Assembly (NCBI GenBank): GCA_964016885.1
Contig: OZ024741.1
Span: forward strand, 27,280,001-27,344,000
DNA: 64,000 nt
DNA from: Eledone cirrhosa
Taxonomy: Eukaryota
Reading direction: 5' to 3'
The notes below the pieces were generated by a model. It saw only the letters and a list, made by a program, of their open reading frames with translations. It made no database searches and had not been told where the DNA came from. This document shows positions 56,071-64,000 of this stretch, in pieces (positions within the stretch are counted from its first letter, which is position 1; each line of letters begins with the position of its first letter). The position numbers and the translations under genes are program-made.

Positions 56071-57276
56071 AGTAAGGAGTGCGGGACTGCGTCCAGAATA
56101 TATTTTTTTATCCCGTTTGTAAAATAAGTTGGATTACTTTGAATAAATAATGAATGAATATTACATAATTGATCTACTAAATTTCGTTATTCTTGATTAA
56201 ATATAAATAATATTGTTGCTTATTTTAAGATTCACTTCTTTAAAATTTTCAAATGTCAACACTTCCGGTTAGCGATCGCTTAAATAAATATTCATATATT
56301 TCCGTCACTAATTTTCTCCTAATGCAGTTTATATATAATATCGTCTTTTTTTAATGTATCATGGATTACGTTACTGATTACAGAAGACAGTGTAATGCAG
56401 TCTTCATTCAATTTCTGTGTACATTGTCAATTACGAGGGTGGTTTTTCTGAAATTAAGTAAATAAATAATCAATTAAGTAAATAAATAATCAATTAAATG
56501 GAGCTAAGTTTAAAATGTAAGCTTGAAGAAATAATAGATAAGTGTTTACCAATATTCCTCTGGCCCTGACTGCCAACAGTTTAGCTTGTGCTATGTGGGA
56601 ATGCTTAATCGCTGCATTATCCATGAGGCTTCAAGCTTATCAAGAGACTCCCTCAGTTAGGACCGATTTTTTTCCAAAGTGATCGCTGCCAGTAACAATT
56701 TCGAAAGGGGTGAAAATTATCACGTGGCTAGTGATCAAAATAGAAGTGTTGCGAAGGGTAGACTGGTGGCCAGTAAGTTCATTGCTAGAAGAAGCAGTTA
56801 GTTACCGCTTAATTTACTCAACCGTAAGGGAGTTAGAGCAAAGTCAGAAGGAATATATATGTATTTAAACATAAGCATAGATACATATATGAATGTAGAC
56901 CACCTTCAACGGTGTGGCTCAATGAATGAATGAATTAAATAAATAATCATTAATCAGGGCTATATAAAATTATAAGTTTGAAGAAGAGGCAAATAAAATT
57001 TACCTAATTTTTCTTCTTAGTCCGTAGAAATTATATATATATATATATATATACAATATATTAATAAATGGAAACTATATTTATAAAACCATATTTATTT
57101 TATTATATATATTTCAAGGGCAACCAAGGCAAATTATGGTGTGCTTTCATCAGATAAAATACAGATTTGTTTTATAAATAAATATTGACATACCCGGAAA
57201 AAAAGACAACCTTAACAGTTGGAGCTTCCTGGATATTTTAAAGCTTGTTGAATCCCAACAAATTAAATATAACCTC

Positions 57277-57388
<112 letters not shown>

Positions 57389-57550
57389 GTTGGTGTTAGG
57401 AAGGGCATCCAACTGTAAAACCCCAGGCCAAATTTACAGTCTTGTCAGAGAAAGGTACAGTGTGGCCAATCCTGGTCAGACTTGTCTCTCAATGTGGACA
57501 ATCCATCTGACCCATGTAAGCATGGAAAAATGGATGTTAAATGGTGAGGA

Positions 57551-57553
<3 letters not shown>
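57389..57553 (+). mobile_element. RTE 3' terminal fragment embedded in (TA)n
   Basis: GTTGGTGTTAGGAAGGGCATCC...CCCATGTAAGCATGGAAAAATGGATGTTAAATG. Confidence 0.78.
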
Positions 57554-57608
<55 letters not shown>

Positions 57609-57949
57609 GTGTGTGTGTGTGTGTATATATTATTTGTTTAATTAATATACTATCTTATCTAACCTCTTTGCTTTCACTTTAATAATAATATAAATACTTA
57701 AATATAATTACTGGGGATGTTTCATTCTATTTGGGGCCATAATTTTGATAATTTTATAAGATAAATATATATTAGGCATTGAACATAAAAGCATATAAAT
57801 TCAACTATCTGTATACTTCAGCTAGCACTTAATTTTATGTTAAATTCATTGTATTGTAATAATCTATAGGTAGTCTCCCACATTTATATATTGTATATGA
57901 TACTGATACATTATTAACAATATATATATTATTAACAATATATATATAA

Positions 57950-58140
57950 GGGCGGTGGATTGGCAGTATCGGTAGAGGGTCGGACGCCATGATTTGCAGC
58001 ATAGAGTTACGGCCCTTTATGATCTGAGTTCAAATCTCGCCAAGGTTAACTTTGCCTTTCATCCTTACAGGGTCGATAAAATAAAGTACCAGTAATACAC
58101 TGGGATAATTGCTGGCCTTGTGCCAAAAGTAGAAACAATT
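57950..58140 (+). mobile_element. Full-length tRNA-derived SINE (Nin-domain-like core)
   Basis: GGCGGTGGATTGGCAG head, GAGTTCAAATC B-box, TTGCCTTTCATCC..GGGTCGATAAAATAAAGTACCAG core; ATTATTAACAATATATAT repeated near both flanks (TSD-like). Confidence 0.87.
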
Positions 58141-59187
58141 ATTAACAATATATATTAATTTATCCAATATAACATTATCTTATCTCATCTTAAGTTGGAA
58201 CTTAATAAATTATATTTTATTGTAATGTATTAATTTTCTTAAAAACCTCACACACATATATCTCATTGCCACATATAAAATAGATATTCTAAAGATAAGT
58301 GTAATTGTTTAACATGTTATTTCAAATATATGTACTTAGCAATAATATTTAGATAATGCAAAATTAAGAGTTTACTTTGTAACTATGATGCTGGTTCAAA
58401 TCATATAATTACCCCCCTTTCACCTCTGAAATAATATTCTGTAAATATTTATTTATTTTTATATCAATATATTCTTCTTACATCTTGTTAAATATTATTG
58501 CTTATTTAATAATTAGTATAGTATGTATAACATTTCTGTAACAACTTAAACATTAAAATATATATATATATTCACTCCGTTTAATTTCATGGTTCCTGAT
58601 ATAATCTTAGGTCTGCAGTAAATATCTTTCAGCTTTCTTACAAACTGACTATTGCTTTGATAAAACTGTATAATTTCCAATTCATTTTTGGAAAGTTACT
58701 GCTCTTCCAAATAACTTTTAAATATTTTAATACAACTGACACCCTGTTATTTGACCTATGACTTAATTAGATAAATGATATATATTATCTGTTATTGATA
58801 TTTCATTAATCGTTTTGGATTTTAATTAAACTCTGATGACCCCTATGGTTTATGCTAACTAATAACAAATTATTAAATAAAATAAATTGCTGTCTGTGGT
58901 ATATTACTATGGGAAGAAACAATTGTCAATGATTAAATGTGTTGAACTTTTAATTTTGGTTTATAAGCACATTGTAACTATATACTGGCTCTGCTTGATC
59001 CTATCATAGCATTGAGCTAAAATACACTTAGTAAATGAATAAAATTTACTCTCATTATATATGTGTTATATACACACACACCCACACATATATATATGAA
59101 AGGCAGACTGTATGATGCGTGCATACGAACAGCAATGTTACATGGTAGTGAGACCTATTGTATATATATATATAATCATCATCATTA

Positions 59188-59645
59188 TCCCACCCTTGCA
59201 AGCACGGAAAAGTGGACGTAAAATGATGATGATGATGATCATCATCATCGTTTAACATCTATCTTCCACACTAGCATGGGTTAGACAGGAGTTGTCCCAT
59301 TTGAGGCAAGATTGGTCGGGTGACCGTGTCTCGCTCGTATAGGACTATCTGGCAGGTTTTCTACGGCTGGATGTCCTTCCTAACACCAACCACATTTACA
59401 GTGTGGACTGGGATCTTTTTACCGTGTTACCTACACGGCCACATTACAGCGTGGATTGTGTGTTATTTTTTTTTTTGTGACACCTACTAGTTTGGACTGG
59501 ATATTGTGGTATCAACATAACTTTATAGAGAAAGGGTGATGTTGGCGGGAGTGGAAGGATGGAGTAGGGGTAGTAGGTTCGGGTGTATGTTTGGTTTGGA
59601 GGGGCCTACTGACTAGGTTAACTTTGCATGTAAGGAAGGTGGGTC
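59188..59645. mobile_element. Tail-to-tail RTE 3' ends: short + strand terminus (59188-59238) and longer - strand UTR (59239-59645)
   Basis: GCAAGCACGGAAAAGTGGACGTAAAA(TGA)n(TCA)nCGTTTAACATCTATCTTCCACACTAGC. Confidence 0.8.
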
Positions 59646-59849
59646 TATAGTGTTGTAGTTTGCTTGAAGCATTATGGAATAAGAAATACAAATATAACTA
59701 GGAAATAAGTTTAATTATTTGGAAGCCTGACAATGCGTGTGAGATTATAAGTGCCAAGGTAATAAGAACTGAGAAAAGAGTGGGAACGGTAGAATTTTAC
59801 TGTTGTAATTTTAATGCCCAAAATATTTTCAGATTTACCATCCATTATA

Positions 59850-60017
59850 TATCATCATCACAATCATCATCGTCGTTTAACATCTATTTTCCCACACTAG
59901 CAGGGGTTACACGGGTTGTTCCATTTGAGGCAAGTTGGATCAGGTGACAGTGTCTTGCTCACACAGAACTGTTTCTGCCTTGGTTTCTATAGCTGGATGC
60001 CCTTTCTAACGCCAATC
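59850..60017 (-). mobile_element. RTE 3' terminal fragment
   Basis: Homologous to 59239-59390. Confidence 0.78.
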
Positions 60018-60477
60018 ATATCTATATATCTGTATATATATTACACACGCACGCACACATACATACACACACACACCTGTTGTTGATAATTACCATCAAC
60101 CATCATCTCTGCCAAAGTGTTGAGAAGCTGATTATACTACAACACTTTCTAAATATTGCAGTGACCTTTACAATTCTCACCTAAAAGTACACAGTTTTAT
60201 GTAATCAATAGATAATTGTATTACACTCCAGTCACAGCATTGTAGTCCTAGATATCTGCTGTTATAGTGCACTAGTTGCTATCTGTATGGAGAAGCTGAT
60301 AACTGCACTGTGCATTAGCTACTATGTCTGGAGCTGTTGTATATGTCTGTATTATACTAGTAACTGTTATATAGCTGCAGCGATATAAGCTACTATCTGT
60401 CTCTACCTTATATCTCGGTACCGATATGTACAGTACAGTAGCTATTTATATTCTACTACTAATACTACTAATAATAA

Positions 60478-61168
60478 TAATGGTTTCTGATTTAAGCACA
60501 AGACCAGCAAATTTTTGGGGAAGGGAAAGTCAATTAAATCGACCCCAGTGTGTTACTGGTACTTTATTTTATCGACCCCGTAAAGATGAAAAGCAAAGCT
60601 TACTTCGGCGGGATTTGAACGCAGAACGTAAAGGGCCGTAACTCTCTGCTACAAAGCATGTTGTCCAGCGCTTAATCGATATTGCCAATCCACCGCCATA
60701 CTACTACTACTAATAATAATAATTGTTTCTACTTTTGGCACAAACCAACAATTACCCCAGTGCATTACTGGTACTTTATTTTATCGACCCCATATGGGGC
60801 TGTAACTCTATGCTGCAAAGCATAGCGTCCGACTGTTTACCAATACTCGGACACTGGTTTCTGATTTAGGCCAGCAATTTTGAGGAAGAGGAAAGTTGTT
60901 TAAATTGTTCTTAGTGCATTACTGGTACTTTATGTTATAGACCATGTAAGCGGGATTTAAACTTAGAACGTAAAGGGCCGTAACTCTATGTCGTGAAGAT
61001 TGGTCTCCGACGCTCTACCGATTCTGCCAATACTACTACTACTATTGTATAGGAGCTATCTGTACAGTGAGGTTAACTTTGCCTTTCATCCTTAAGGGGT
61101 CGATAAAATAAAGTACCAGTAATGTACTGGGGTAATTGCTGGCCTTGTGCCAAAAGTAGAAACAATTA
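60478..61168. mobile_element. Cluster of four SINE copies (three on -, one truncated on +)
   Basis: Core CTGGTACTTTA.. at ~60556, ~60768 and ~60922; reverse core at 61070-61168. Confidence 0.85.
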
Positions 61169-61312
61169 TATGTTTATAGCTGGTATCTCTACAGTAGCTA
61201 CTATGTGTTTGTAGTTGACATCTATACTACACTAGAGTAGCTAATGTCTGCAGTTATTTGTATTGGACTGGTACCAACAGTATAGTAGTTAGTACAGTCA
61301 GTGTACATGGTT

Positions 61313-64000
61313 ATATGTACAGTATAGTTGCTATCTATAGCTATATATACAGTATAGTTGCTATCTATAGCTATATATACAGTATAGTTGCTATATATAG
61401 CTATATATACAGTACAGTTGCTATATATAGCTATATATACAGTATAGTTGCTATCTATAGCTATATATACAGTATAGTTGCTATATATAGCTATATATAC
61501 AGTACAGTTGCTATCTATAGCTATATATACAGTATAGTTGCTATATATAGCTATATATACAGTACAGCTGCTATATATAGCTATATATACAGTACAGTTG
61601 CTATCTATAGCTATATATACAGTATAGTTGCTATCTATAGCTATATATACAGTACAGTTGCTATCTATAGCTATATATACAGTACAGTTGCTATCTATAG
61701 CTATATATACAGTATAGTTGCTATATATAGCTATATATACAGTATAGTTGCTATCTATAGCTATATATACAGTATAGTTGCCATATATAGCTATATATAC
61801 AGTATAGTTGCTATCATTAGCTATATATACAGTATAGTTGCTATCATTAGCTATATATACAGTATAGTTGCTATCTATAGCTATATATACATTACAGTTG
61901 CTATCTATAGCTATATATACAGTACAGTTGCTATCTATAGCTATATATACAGTATAGTTGCTATCTATAGCTATATATACAGTATAGTTACTATCTATAG
62001 CTATATATACAGTATAGTTGCTATCTCTAGCTTTATATACAGTATAGTTGCTATATATACAGTATAGTTGCTATCTATAGCTATATATACAGTATAGTTG
62101 CTATCTATAGCTATATATACAGTACAGTTGCTATCTATAGCTATATATACAGTACGGTTGCTATCTATAGCTATATATACAGTACAGTTGCTATATATAG
62201 CTATATATACAGTATAGTTGCTATATATAGCTATATATACAGTATAGTTGCTATCTATAGCTATATATACAGTATAGTTGCTATATATACAGTATAGTTG
62301 CTATATATAGCTATATATACAGTATAGTTGCTATATATACAGTATAGTTGCTATATATAGCTATATATACAGTACGGTTGCTATCTATAGCTATATATAC
62401 AGTACAGTTGCTATCTATAGCTATATATACAGTACAGTTGCTATATATAGCTATATATATACAGTATAGTTGCTATCTATAGCTATATATACAGTATAGT
62501 TGCTATCTATAGATATATATATACAGTATAGTTGCTATCTATAGCTATATATACAGTATAGTTGCTATCTATAGCTATATATACAGTATAGTTGCTATAT
62601 ATAGCTATATATACAGTATAGTTGCTATATATAGCTATATATACAGTACAGTTGCTATCTATAGCTATATATACAGTATAGTTGCTATATATAGCTATAT
62701 ATACAGTATAGTTGCTATCTATAGCTATATATATACAGTACAGTTGCTATATATACAGTATAGTTGCTATATATAGCTATATATACAGTACAGTTGCTAT
62801 ATATAGCTATATATACAGTACAGTTGCTAGCTATAGCTATATATACAGTATAGTTGCTATCTATAGCTATATATACAGTACAGTTGCTATATATAGCTAT
62901 ATATACAGTACAGTTGCTATCTATAGCTATATATACAGTACATTTGCTATCTATAGCTATATATACAGTATAGTTGCTATCTATAGCTATATATACAGTA
63001 CAGTTGCTATATATACAGTATAGTTGCTATCTATAGCTATATATACAGTACAGTTGCTATCTATAGCTCTATATACAGTACAGTTGCTATATATAGCTAT
63101 ATATACAGTATAGTTGCTATATATGGCTATATATACAGTACAGTTGCTATATATAGCTATATATACAGTATAGTTGCTATCTATAGCTATATATACAGTA
63201 TAGTTGCTATATATAGCTATATATACAGTATAGTTGCTATATATAGCTATATATACTGTATAGTTGCTATATATAGCTTTATATACAGTATAGTTGCTAT
63301 CTATAGCTATATATACAGTACAGTTGCTATATATACAGTATAGTTGCTATATATAGCTATATATACAGTACAGTTGCTATATATAGCTATATATACAGTA
63401 CAGTTGCTATATATAGCTATATATACAGTATAGTTGCTATCTATAGCTATATATACATTATAGTTGCTATCTATAGCTATATATACAGTATAGTTGCTAT
63501 ATATAGCTATATATACAGTATAGTTGCTATATATAGCTATATATACAGTACAGTTGCTATATATAGCTATATATACAGTATAGTTGCTATCTATAGCTAT
63601 ATATACAGTACAGTTGCTATCTATAGCTATATATACAGTACGGTTGCTATCTATAGCTATATATACAGTATAGTTGCTATATATAGCTATATATACAGTA
63701 TAGTTGCTATATATAGCTATATTTACAGTATAGTTGCTATCTATAGCTATATATACAGTACAGTTGCTATATATAGCTACATATACAGTATAGTTGCTAT
63801 ATATAGCTATATATACAGTACAGTTGCTATCTATAGCTATATATACAGTATAGTTGCTATCTATAGCTATATATACAGTATAGTTGCTATCTATAGCTAT
63901 ATATACAGTATAGTTGCTATATATAGCTATATATACAGTATAGTTGCTATCTATAGCTATATATACAGTATAGTTGCTATCTCTAGCTATATTTACAGTA
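61313..64000. repeat. 30-bp AT-rich palindromic satellite AGTA(T/C)AGTTGCTAT(C/A)TATAGCTATATATAC, ~90 copies, continues beyond the window
   Basis: Directly visible; occasional 20-bp and 32-bp variant units. Confidence 0.98.

Noticed and set aside
61258-63023. (YSIVAIYSYI)n membrane-like ORFs
   Set aside because: Translation of the 30-bp satellite, frequently frameshifted by 20- and 32-bp units.

Overview
Eukaryotic, repeat-dominated window, most likely from an octopus or related coleoid cephalopod. This is inferred from recognisable RTE-LINE 3' ends with (TGA)n tails, tRNA-derived SINEs and TTAA-flanked MITEs; no database search was run. About two-thirds of the window is tandem DNA: a continuous ~22.5 kb triplet-based compound array (2778-25213), a ~10.8 kb 22-bp satellite, a palindromic 30-bp satellite running off the right end, and several smaller arrays. 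Almost all long ORFs in the ORF track are translations of these repeats. Only one convincing host exon is seen: 27516-27668 (+), 153 bp, phase 1-1, Gln/Thr/Ser-rich, so the window is probably mostly giant introns of a + strand gene. Other features are an internally deleted L1/Tx1-type LINE at the left end, about a dozen RTE fragments, SINE clusters, four piggyBac-like MITE copies, and a hammerhead-ribozyme-like motif overlapping a perfect palindrome (36501-36572). I found no prokaryotic features, no CRISPR array and no intact novel gene system; the most speculative leads are labelled as such. Repeat boundaries are approximate.
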